From assembly GCF_006345805.1 (NCBI RefSeq), contig NC_042998.1, positions 13,578,001 through 13,642,000 of the forward strand: a stretch of DNA of 64,000 nt, given 5' to 3'. Positions 13,594-24,781 of the stretch are shown in pieces. Made by a program: the position numbers and the translations under genes. The DNA comes from Octopus sinensis. Lineage: Eukaryota. How positions within the stretch are numbered: position 1 is the stretch's first letter; every line of letters starts with the position of its first letter. The notes below the pieces were generated by a model. That model was given only the letters and a program-made list of their open reading frames with translations, ran no database searches and was not told the DNA's origin.

Positions 13594-13714
13594 ATGTCTT
13601 CTATAGCCCGAGGCTATAGTAGAAGACACTTGCCCAAGGTTCCACGCAGTGGGACTGAACCCAGAACCATGTGGTTGGTAAGCAAGCTACTTACCACACA
13701 GCCACTCATGTGCC
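13340..13714 (-). mobile_element. CORE-type tRNA SINE, inverted relative to 12878-13298
   Basis: Reverse-complement tail ttgtttcagtcatttgactgcggcc at 13342 and head ...ccactcatgtgcct at 13714. Confidence 0.88.
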
Positions 13715-13914
13715 TAATTAACTTTTTTATTTTTTTTTGGTCTGTTGAAGGTGAAACATTTTTTGTACTTGGGGGTGATAACCAAAAGTACCGATAGTTT
13801 TCATTGAATGAAGGAGAGATAACCCAATTTTTTAAGGAGAGTGAGATTATCAAAGCGTACCAATGATCATAATAGTTATAGTAACGGTTATAGTTGTAAT
13901 GATAATACTAATAA

Positions 13915-13986
13915 TGATAAGTAGTAGTAGTAGTAGTAGTAGTACTACTACTATAACTGCTGCTGCTGCTACTACTACTACTACTA

Positions 13987-14023
<37 letters not shown>

Positions 14024-14106
14024 AACAACTACTACTACTACTACTGTTGCTGCTGCTGCTACTACAACTACTACAACAACAACTACTACTACTACTACTA
14101 CTACTT

Positions 14107-14149
<43 letters not shown>

Positions 14150-14160
14150 CAACAGCAACA
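13915..14160 (+). repeat. (AGT)n switching to (TAC)n/(CTG)n compound microsatellite
   Basis: Direct reading. Confidence 0.95.
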
Positions 14161-14690
14161 ATAATAAATGTGATGCTGATGATGGTTGTAGTCTTAACCG
14201 TATCAACATTGATTTGATTGAAATGTAAAATTTCTGGAAAACCATTGGAATAACAGCAATTCAGTACATATGTACAGAACATATTTTTTTCTACATGATT
14301 CTGATGTGGTATATTTAGGATATATGTATAACTTATTATATTTTAGCTGTAAATAAATGAACTTATTGAGTTGTAAAAGTTCTCTTGCTTCTAATTGTGA
14401 CACGTAAACTGAATTCCGTCCATACTGCACAAACAATTTCGAAAGGTAACCAGAGCAAATCCATTTTTACTGTATTAGGTTGTAGCATAACGTGTTAAAT
14501 GTCGCATAAAGCCAGACTTTATTTAAAGTTATGTTTGGTCTGTGTGCAATGCTGTGTTTTGTATAGATTCATTCCGGTGATAATCATGGGGATATCAAAT
14601 TGATAGCCTGAGATAATTTTTATTTGTTGGTAATGTTCTTTGTCAACAGTTTCTAACCTTTGCATTATGCATTTAGCATTTAATCTTTCT

Positions 14691-15268
14691 AAGGCGGCGA
14701 GCTGGCAGAAACGTTAGCACGGCGGGCGAAATGCTAAGCAGTATTTCGTCTGCCGTTACCTTCTGAGTTCAAATTCCGCCGAGGTCGACTTTGCCTTTCA
14801 TTCTTTCGGGGTCGATAAATTAAGTACCAGTTATGCACTGGGGTCGATGTAATCCACTTAATACCTATGTCTGTCCTTGTTTGTCCCCTCTGTGTTTAGC
14901 CCCTTGTGGGTAATAAAGAAATAGGTATTTCATCTGCCGTTACCTACTGAGTTCAAATTCCGTCGAGGTCAACTTTGCCTTTCATTCTTTCGGAGTCGAT
15001 TAAATAAGTACCAGTTATGCACTGGAGTCATTATAATCGACTTATTCCGTTTGTCTGTCCTTGTTTGTCCCCTCTGTGTTTATCCCCTTGTGGGTAGTAA
15101 AGAAATAGGTATTTCGTCTGACTTTACGTTCTGAGTTCTTACTCCGCCGAGGTCGACTTTGGCTTTAATCCTTTCGGGGTCGATAAATTAAGTAGCAATT
15201 CCGTACTGGGGCCGATCTAATCTCCCCACCCTAAAATTTCGGGCCATTTGCCTAGCATAGAGAGCAAT
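14691..15268 (+). mobile_element. tRNA-headed SINE with three tandem units of about 184 bp (Meta/MESC-like central domain)
   Basis: Head aaggcggcgagctggcagaaacg. Units begin gtatttc(g/a)tctg at about 14741, 14926 and 15108, each with a gagttc B-box-like motif and ctttcgg(g/a)gtcgat..a..aagta. The domain name is from recall and unverified. Confidence 0.8.
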
Positions 15269-15705
15269 ATATAATCTTTTTCCTTGAAAGTGTGTATATG
15301 CCATAATAGTGACTGTATGTTTCCAAGTAATTGGTTTATGGTATTTAAAAGTAATTTGAAAGTTGTCAAGTAGATTTTTTTATGAAAGTAACTATATAGT
15401 CTTCTACTCTTGTAAGGTTATGCTGTGAGTTTTGATGTTCGTGATTCTTCATACATTGGTTGTTGTTTTATACAATTCATTTCTAGTGAAAAATAACTTT
15501 TTATTTAATAATATCATTAACCACGTCAATCTCCCCCAGCCAAACTTGCCATCTTTCGCCTAAATCAATGTCACTTATATTTAGGGAAATATAGTCGGTT
15601 ACTTTCTAAAACTGTTTTCTGTTTTGACTGAACATAGAGTAGCATAATTATTAGCTATCTGTCCCTTCTACTGATGACATTTTGGTAGATATCATAAAGG
15701 AAATA

Positions 15706-16000
15706 CGGAGATGTACTTGCATAGCAAGTGATTTAATCTGAGATTGAGTGCTGAAACGAAAACAATTGCAGCGAGGAGGGTGTTTGTAAGCCATTTAAGA
15801 AACACACAAAAGCCGTTCGATTCACTTCAACATTTAAGTTTAATTTGTCAAAATGTTTTCGTCGCTTTAAGACCGGATTTTTGTCAGTGGTCAGTGGTCG
15901 CGGTCTTAAAGCGACGAAAATATTTTGACAAATTAAACTTAAATGTTGAAGTGAATCGAACGGCTGTTGTGTGTTTCTTAAATGGCTTACAAACACCTTC
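15706..16000 (-). mobile_element. Non-coding Penelope-type insertion with inverted repeat and 13-bp TSD
   Basis: TSD cataaaggaaata at 15693-15705 and 16001-16013. Inverted arms of about 100 bp. Homologous to 59191-59540. Confidence 0.75.
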
Positions 16001-16068
16001 CATAAAGGAAATATTTGTTGACTTATTAGCTGGATGGTTGTTTGGTTGGTGTGTTGCTAATATGAATA

Positions 16069-16310
16069 TAGGCAAAATGACTGTGTGGTAGTAAGTTTAC
16101 TTGCCAGTCGTATGATTTTCTTTTCTGCGTCACTGACTGGAATCTTAGGCTTTTGTCTTTTTTTCTAATATAGCTGCGGGCCGGGTAAATCCTTACTTGT
16201 GGATTGGTAGACGGAAACTCAAAGAAAATAAACATCCCTGACAATCGGAGTTGATTTATGCACGTTCCCAGCAGAAGAAACCAGTACAAGTAGAAAGAAG
16301 CGTTAACAAA
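16069..16310 (+). mobile_element. Degenerate CORE-type SINE
   Basis: tgactgtgtggtagtaagtt and ggattggtagacggaaactcaaagaa match the family. Confidence 0.55.
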
Positions 16311-16848
16311 TTTAGTATTGTCGTTGGTTTGTTCGACAAAACTCTTCTGGAAATGCTCCAGCATAGATACAATCCAATGATTGAGGAAACTAAAATATAT
16401 AAAAAAGTTTTGTTAGACGAACATTTCTAATATAGATAATTCACTTATCATATCCATGCTTGTGTAACCTCACTAGTTTAGTATAAATGTGCTAAATTGA
16501 AGGTAGTTAAATATATTTCTGCTACATTGTAGGCGTGATGTTTTATTTTAGTATTGGCAAGACAGTGCAATGCTAAAAGCATTAAAGAAATTGAATATAC
16601 GATGGGTGTTGCAAATGAACACGTTGGCGTAGTATGTTTTCTTTCCACATTACAGAGATGAAAAATATTACCATGCATAAAGTGATTTTTTCCAAGGTGG
16701 ATAGATAGCTACCAGCATTAATTATATCCTGCATCCCAATAGCATCCATTAAACGTGATATCACACAAAGAAATAAGAATTGCATAATACGTAAATATTT
16801 ACATACTTACACACACACATATGAATATATATATACATACATATATAT

Positions 16849-16898
<50 letters not shown>

Positions 16899-17486
16899 AT
16901 ATATACATATGTACATGTGCGTGTGTGAGTGAATATATATCTCATATATTAATGGAATATAGCGGAATATAAAAATGAAATAGCAAGTCTTTCAGTAACA
17001 ATCCATAATATTTGTTACAGGTTTCCTTCGTGGGTATTTGTATTTCTTTCTGACAGAACACTTATTTTCACGAAATTTTTCTAAGTTAGGAAAAACATAT
17101 ATATTGCATATATGAAATTATAAAAATGAGGCAAGTGTATATAAACCGAAAAATCCACGAAGCAACATGAATTCCATTTTTTCCTTCGTGTAACAAACAA
17201 GAAAAGATGTTTTACCCATGTTTCGCCGTGGTATTTGATTAAATACTTTAACATCAAATGTGTCAACTGATTAAATAAGTGATTGAATTCCTCTGCTTGT
17301 AGAAATTTGTGCGCATCTGCATAAGGTAAAATACTGAAAAAAATATAGTAAGCAATATTATTAATAACGAGAAGAAAATTAAAACATCACTATCAAAATC
17401 CAGCAACAACGAAATTAAGAAAAAAAATTAAAATATTAGTCATAAAAATATTATGATTATTATCATAAAGCAACATTAACAATAGA

Positions 17487-17619
<133 letters not shown>

Positions 17620-18857
17620 GACGTGGATCGCCTTTACCTTCCCAGAGCTCAGGGAGGTCGAGGTTTGATCCAGCTTGAACTTACATACAAAACCACCACA
17701 ATCGGACTGGCCAAATACCTTGAAGCAACCAACGATTGGATGCTAAAACTTGTTGAAAAACATGAAAGACCTAAAAGACTTCACTCTATTCTCAAAGAGA
17801 GCAAAAAATTCGCTGCTGATCTCTTCGATACCCACCAGATTGATCAGGCTGAAGGAAATGTGCCAACTGCGGCTGCAAAGAAAATAAAATTAATTGCAAA
17901 GACAAAAGCACATGAAAATTTAGCTAGCAGATGGGAACAGAAACCTCTCCATGGCAAGTATGTAGCCCGTAGCAAACAAGCTGATGTCGACCAGAAACAC
18001 ACACCCCAATGGTTACGAAGTTCGGGGCTAAAAGCAGAGAGTGAAGGTTTCATATTAGCTGCTCAAGACCAAAGCTTTTTTACCCGGAACTACCAAGCCA
18101 ATTTGATGAAAAATGGAGCTGACCCAAAATGCCGATTCTGTAACGATGTGATTGAAACAATAGACCACCTAATCTCAGGATGTAGAGTCTTAGCACCTGC
18201 AGAATATAAAGAAAAGACATGACAGAGTCGGTCAGTATTTACACTGTCTGCATTATAAAATCAAAATCGCTGACAAATGGTATAAACATCATCCTGAAGC
18301 TGTGACTGAGGGAGAAAATGTGTCGATTCTATGGGACTTCCCCGTGCAGACCAACAGGACTATAAAAGCCAATAAACCGGATATCATTATAAAAGATCAG
18401 ACAAAAAGGATGTGTTTATTAATTGACATGAGTATTCCCTGTGATCACAATATAGCGGCGAAAGAATTTGACAAGATTAGTAAATATAAAGACCTGCTAA
18501 TGGAAATTGAAAAAATGTAGCATCTCAAGGCGACTACAGTACCAGTGATTGTAGGATCTCTAGGAATGATAAAAAAAGGCAATGAAACCTATTTGAAAAT
18601 GATTCCAGGCTTACCATCCCTACAGGAAGTGCAAAAAATCGTATTAACTGGAACGGCTCATGTACTGAGAAGAGCACTATCGCTGTGAAAATAACATCCA
18701 TCCATGAATTTATTTATTTATTAATTTTCAAATACATATTTTATCTGTGAATTTGCGCGTGTAATCTGGGAATCCATACAATGCCCTTCTCTGCCCTAGG
18801 TGTATGGAAAACACTCGGCGAGAAACGGAAGAAAATTTGAAGAAAGAAGGAAAAAAC
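17620..18857 (+). mobile_element. 5'-truncated R4/Dong-type RLE non-LTR retrotransposon (family B)
   Basis: WEQKPLHGKY, CCHC knuckle CRFCNDVIETIDHLISGC, HDRVG and the REL motif PDIIIKD...LIDMSIP. ORF ends at 18688. Flanked by (TAA)n on both sides. Confidence 0.9.
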
Positions 18858-18901
<44 letters not shown>

Positions 18902-19069
18902 CGAAATAATATTATGATTAATATCATATAACCCTCAAGGATGAAAGGTGAAGTTCACCTCGGCGGAATTTAAGCTCAGAAAGAAAAAATTGACAAAATG
19001 AGCTGAGCATTTTTCAAGGGACGCTAATGATTCAGCCTGCTCGCTGCCTTAAGTACAATAATACTATCG

Positions 19070-19134
<65 letters not shown>

Positions 19135-19138
19135 GTTA

Positions 19139-19180
<42 letters not shown>

Positions 19181-19185
<5 letters not shown>

Positions 19186-19639
19186 TAGTTTTATTTTTAT
19201 AGCGTGCTTTCACTTCACTACCAAGCGCAGCTCTGTGTGCCTTGGGTATGTGCTGTGATTTGTTGTGATGCTCTGATGGTTATTGTATGGAAAGTGTTCT
19301 GCGTAGGATGTGTGCAGTGCCTAGTAGTGCAATTTTCTGTATGTTATATGTGTTTGTAAGTCCTGGTGTTTTTGTTATGTATTTGTCTGAATATTTTTTT
19401 ATCATGCCTAATGCACCTACTATGATAGGAATTGTTTCTGTTTTCAGATTCCACATTCTAGTTACCTCTATTTCCAGGTCTTTGTATTTTGAGAGTTTCT
19501 CCATTTCTTTTACAGACACGTTGTCATCAGCCGGTATTGATACATCAATTAGAAAGCATTTTTTTTCTTCATGGTCTCTGACAACTATATCTGGTCTCGT
19601 TTTCTGTGACCTTTTCTGGTGTGTGCCTATACCATCTTT
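19181..19639 (-). mobile_element. 5'-truncated R4/Dong-type element (family A), 3' end, internal deletion
   Basis: KEMEKLSKYKDL...GTAHILRRTLSIQ, with a 3' UTR ending actactgaa followed by (TAA)n on the minus strand. Confidence 0.9.
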
Positions 19640-19642
19640 CTT

Positions 19643-19780
<138 letters not shown>

Positions 19781-20120
19781 GCGTGAGAGAGCAGTTCATG
19801 CCATCAAAGTGACACTGGAATAAAATATACGAAGCCCAATATACCCATCATGACTACCCGTCTGATAAGGGTACACCAGGCACATGCATCACAAACATGT
19901 GCGCGACATGGTGATCTCTTATCAAGATAAACAGCACATGACCTTGCAGGTGGGGCCTAGTTAGAATTTTGTTCAGGTCGAGTAACCCATCCCGCTCTAA
20001 AGATCCCTGAATAAGGGTTGTTTAAGGATGTTGAAAGAACCACCCATGTTGCCAGAGGTGAATTATTCAAACCCCAAAGAATCCCTCTCAACACATGGTT
20101 ATGATGCTCCCCCACTTACT
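19781..20120 (-). mobile_element. TAA-flanked non-coding element, 3' half
   Basis: Reverse complement matches about 21700-22038. (TTA)n on both sides. Confidence 0.85.
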
Positions 20121-20151
20121 ATTATTATTATTATTGTTATTATTATTATTA

Positions 20152-20708
20152 TTCAGTAGTTTTATTTTTATAGCGTGCTTTCACTTCACTACCGAGCACA
20201 GCTCTGTGTGCCTTGGGTATGTGCTGTGATTTGTTGTGATGCTCTGATGGTTATTGTATGGAAAGTGTTCTGCGTAGGATGTGTGCAGTGCCTAGTAGTG
20301 CAATTTTCTGTATGTTATATGTGTTTGTAAGTCCTGGTGTTTTTGTTATGTATTTGTCTGAATATTTTTTTATCATGCCTAATGCACCTACTATGATAGG
20401 AATTGTTTCTGTTTTCAGATTCCACATTCCAGTTACCTCTATTTCCAGGTCTTTGTATTTTGAGAGTTTCTCCATTTCTTTTAGAGACACGTTGTCATCA
20501 GCCGGTATTGATACATCAATTAGAAAGCATTTTTTTTCTTCATGATCTCTGACAACTATATCTGGTCTGTTGGCCTTAATTTCTCTATCTGTGTGTATCG
20601 ACATATCCCAGAGTATGGTTGCTTTCTCGTTTTCTGTGACCTTTTCTGGTGTGTGCCTATACCATCTTTTTTCTGTTGTTATTCCATAACGTTGGCATAG
20701 CTTCCAAT

Positions 20709-20712
<4 letters not shown>
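20152..20712 (-). mobile_element. 5'-truncated R4/Dong-type element (family A)
   Basis: IHWKLC...RPDIVVRD...LIDVSIP, with the same 3' UTR. (TTA)n on both sides. Confidence 0.92.
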
Positions 20713-20807
<95 letters not shown>

Positions 20808-21046
20808 TTATTATCATTATTGTCGTTGTTGTTGTTGTTTCTGTTGTTGTTGTGGATACTGATTTTATCTTTAAATGATTTATTTGTCTTTAACGTCAAC
20901 ACTTGCCTATATATTTCTATCATGTTGTTTCTCTGCCATTTACTCTCTGCTCTTCGTCCCAATCTTTATTTCGTTGTATACATTTCCTAGTATATATAAC
21001 TATATATATCTGTAAATATAATACGTGACAATTATTCGGTAACCAT

Positions 21047-21108
21047 GGTAAAACTTCGAGTTTCCGATGTCAGGGCGGAAACCTACGCCGCCATCTCTTC
21101 AGTCATCC
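21047..21108 (-). ncRNA. Degenerate hammerhead motif in a probable Penelope-like terminal-repeat fragment
   Basis: Minus strand reads GGAUGA-CUGAAGA-GAUG GCGG..CCGC..CAUC-gGAA-ACUCGaAGU-U. Extra bases disrupt the core. Confidence 0.4.
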
Positions 21109-21231
21109 GGCCATCGAAAAAATTCTATGAAACTAAGTCAAAAAAGCAATTAGAATGACCGCCAAGTAAGGGGATGGAGTAAAGGTGAGTAAAAAAATTC
21201 ATAGCAATCGAATAAGTGCGCATATGACCAC

Positions 21232-21306
21232 GAGCATATGGCATAGTGGTTAAGAGCGCGGGCTACTAACCCCAAGATTCCGTGTTCGATTGAGGGCAGT
21301 GACCTG
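21232..21306 (+). mobile_element. tRNA-derived SINE head
   Basis: A box TGGCATAGTGG (21239-21249) and B box GTTCGATTG (21284-21292). No intact acceptor stem. Runs into (TAA)n. Confidence 0.8.
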
Positions 21307-21340
21307 AATGATGATAATAATAATAATGATGATAATAATG

Positions 21341-21418
<78 letters not shown>

Positions 21419-21484
21419 TTAATAATAATTATAATAATAATAATAATAAAAATAATAATAATAATAACAATAATAATAATAAAT

Positions 21485-22038
21485 GCCCTGATGCAGTACC
21501 AGGCAGTGGCTCTCATGGCTTCTGATCTTAACTGATTGGAAGTGTTATCATGTACATTGTTTTGTCTTGGTATAAAAGATGGGCTACAGCAAATATTCTG
21601 CTCAATACCACAGATTTGCTTGTCAGTTGTTTGATCTTAAACAGTTGAGCATGTCCCTTAGTGGCTAACGATATGTGCATCTCTGATCACCAGCAGAAGT
21701 AGTGGGGGAGCATCATAGCCATGTGTTGAGAGGGATTATTTGGGGTTTGAATAATTCACCTCTGGAAACATGGGTGGTTCTTTCAACATCCTTAAACAAC
21801 CCTTATTCAGGGACCTTTTGAGCGGGATGGGCTACTCAACCTGAAGAAAATTCTAACTGGGCTCCACCTGCAAGGTCATGTGCTGTTTATCTTGATATGA
21901 GATCACCATGTCGCGCACATATGGTTGTGATGCATGTGCCTGCTGTACCCTTATGAGACGAGTAGTCATGATGGGTATATTGGGCTTCGTATATTTTACC
22001 CCAATGTCACGTTGATGGCATTCACTGCTCTCTCACTC
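21485..22038 (+). mobile_element. Non-coding element of about 555 bp flanked by (TAA)n
   Basis: Its 3' half matches 19781-20120 and its last 27 or so bp match 40635-40661. No ORF similarity seen. Confidence 0.8.
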
Positions 22039-22075
22039 AATAATAATAATAATAATAATGATAATAATAATAATA

Positions 22076-22176
<101 letters not shown>

Positions 22177-22203
22177 GAAATGAAATAAATAATAATAATA
22201 AAT

Positions 22204-23145
22204 GAAATCCAAACTAAAAATAGAACAGCAACGAAATCCAAACTAAAAATAGAACAGCAACGAACCATGATAAAACGATGGCAAGAAAAGCCCCTTCATG
22301 GTAAATACTGGACTAAACTAAACGCAAAAGAAATAGACAAAGAAAAATCCCAGCAATGGTTGAGAAGCTCAGGACTCAAAGCAGAAACAGAGGGATTTTT
22401 AATTACAGCACAAGACCAAAGCCTCCCCACCAGAAATTACCAAAAACATGTAATGAAAAGAAATATTACAAGTAACTGTAGAATATGTGGAGATGGACAA
22501 GAAACAATAAATCATATTATCTCTAGCTGCCCAGTCCTGGCTAAGAAGGAATATATTCACAGACATGACAGAGTTGGAACTTACATACATTGGAAGCTAT
22601 GCCAACATTATGGAATAACAACAGAAAAAAGATGGTATAGGCACACACCAGAAAAGGTCACAGAAAACGAGAAAGCAACCATACTCTGGGATATGCCGAT
22701 ACACACAGATAGAGAAATTAAGGCCAACAGACCAGATATAGTTGTCAGAGATCATGAAGAAAAAAATGCTTTCTAATTGATGTATCAGTACCGGCAGATG
22801 ACAACGTGTCTCTAAAAGAAATGGAGAAACTCTCAAAATACAAAGACCTGGAAATAGAGGTAACTAGAATGTGGAATCTGAAAACAGAAACAATTCCTAT
22901 CATAGTAGGTGCATTAGGCATGATAAAAAAATATTCAGACAAATACATAACAAAAACACCAGGACTTACAAACACATATAACATACAGGAAATTGCACTA
23001 CTAGGCACTGCACACATCCTACGCAGAACACTTTCCATACACTAACCATCAGAGCATCACAACAAATCACAGCACATACCCAAGGCACACAGAGCTGCGC
23101 TCGGTAGTGAAGTGAAAGCACGCTATAAAAATAAAAATAAAACTA

Positions 23146-23150
<5 letters not shown>
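22204..23150 (+). mobile_element. 5'-truncated R4/Dong-type element (family A)
   Basis: ORF 22267-22776 with CRICGDGQETINHIISSC, RHDRVG and RPDIVV. Frameshift in an A-run. 3' UTR ends actactgaa then (TAA)n. Confidence 0.95.
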
Positions 23151-23187
<37 letters not shown>

Positions 23188-23237
23188 AACATCGAAAAAT
23201 ACCTTAGGAATGAGAACCCAGTTCGAAATTTCTCCAA

Positions 23238-23283
23238 GACACCTGATGAAGGCTGGAGGGTTTAGCAGCCGAAACATTGTGTT
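23238..23283 (+). ncRNA. Minimal type I hammerhead ribozyme motif
   Basis: GACAC-CUGAUGA-A-GGCUG gaggguuuag CAGCC-GAA-ACAU-U-GUGUU. Stem III ACAU is probably CpG-decayed ACGU (inference). Confidence 0.75.
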
Positions 23284-23384
23284 AACAACAAACAAGATGA
23301 GGACAAATATCCGTCATACATAATTAATGTAATTTTTTCTTTATTTACACAATTTTCATTTCTGATAACGCCCGTCTTCTTTGT

Positions 23385-24083
23385 GTGTTACAAGAGAGGC
23401 TCCGCGGCATTTTTTATATAGCACCCGAGGCTGTTTTCATCTGCTTCGATACAGTTCTGGTAACCACACCCAACCTTTCGTCTGGACACGTACAGCCTAT
23501 CGGTGTCACTTTTACGATGGATGACTCCGTGTACTGTCAACATTTTTCTTCGTCTTTTTATCCATTTTGTTCATTTCTCGCTTTTGCCCTTTTACAATTC
23601 CCGGTCCATACTGAAGTGATGCTATCGCCCACGTATCAACTGCTTGGATTTTATTCCATCCAGGTCATTTTGAGCGCAGTGACAACCTCAGTCTTTGGGA
23701 ATACTCCATCTTTAGTTGCTCATTTATTTCCTCTTCCATTATCTCGTTGCACTGTAGTACACAAAGGTAGCTGAATCCTTCCGTTTCAATTAGCTTAATC
23801 AGGTCACTATCAGTAATTCTATCCGTACTAAGCAATGTACCGTGCCTCTTTTTAGGTAGATTACTCCGCAATATTTTTGTCCAAAGTCCATTTAAATATT
23901 AGTACTAAAACAGTGGACCGTGTTCACCAATGACTTATGTCTTACCTTTGCTATAGTTACAAATCATCCAGGAAGAGGAGGTGGCTGATTGTTTGCGGTT
24001 TTTCCTTTAGTTGATACACCAGGTTCATTTTTCCTGTGTCCCAAGGTCAGGGGTATCATGCAGATCACGAAATGCAATGGGAT
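23385..24083 (-). mobile_element. Old R4/Dong-type RT fragment
   Basis: PLHFVICMIPLT, LLFLDDL-like (cctcttcctggatgatttg on the minus strand) and GFSYLCVLQCNEIMEEEINEQLKMEYSQRLRL. Confidence 0.7.
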
Positions 24084-24100
24084 ATCATCATCATCATCAT

Positions 24101-24133
<33 letters not shown>

Positions 24134-24165
24134 TGTTATTGTTATTGTTATTATTATTATTGTTA

Positions 24166-24228
<63 letters not shown>

Positions 24229-24254
24229 GTGCAGTGAGCTAGGAGATTCGTTAG

Positions 24255-24712
24255 CAATCATAATCATTATTATTTAGTTGTCTCGTTGTTACCACGTGTT
24301 TTGACCGCATGCAGTGGAGCCCTGTATGCCTTAGTTATGTACTCTTGTTTCGTTTTGTTACTGTATTGAAAGTGCCTTATGCAGGATGTGTGCAGTGCCT
24401 GGAAGTTTTGTTTTACGTATGTTATATGTATTCGCAATTCCTTATGTTTTGCTCATACGTTTGTTTCTGTGCTTTGGCTATGCCTAATGCACTATTAATA
24501 TAGACATTACTTCTGTTCTCAGGATTTTCCCTATTTCCATATATTCACATTTCAGGAATGTCTCCGTTTCAGTTGGGACTCATGTGGGGATCAGGAGGCA
24601 TTTTTTTAGGGTCTTCCATTACGACAATATCTAGCCTATCAGTCTTGATCTCTCTCTATTGGCATATCCCAATTTATGATCGGTGTTTCACTTTCTGAGA
24701 CATTTTCAGAGA
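24255..24712 (-). mobile_element. Old R4/Dong-type REL domain and 3' UTR fragment
   Basis: Diverged match to the family A 3' end (gcactgcacacatcc-like, aaggcatacagggctcc). Confidence 0.65.
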
Positions 24713-24750
24713 AATAATTAATTAATTTATTGATTTATTAATATTATTAC

Positions 24751-24776
<26 letters not shown>

Positions 24777-24781
<5 letters not shown>

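Noticed and set aside
14170-14215. CUGAUGA followed by a GGUU/AACC hairpin
   Set aside because: GAAA is absent (GUAUC instead).
21232-21306. Possible tRNA gene
   Set aside because: The acceptor and anticodon stems are broken and there is no terminator. Treated as a SINE head, as are the tRNA-Arg-like heads.
21590-21690. Faint resemblance of the passenger element to the 3' region of 28S rRNA (ttctgctcaatac versus tcctgctcagtac)
   Set aside because: Short, recalled from memory and not significant without an alignment. Not an rRNA gene.
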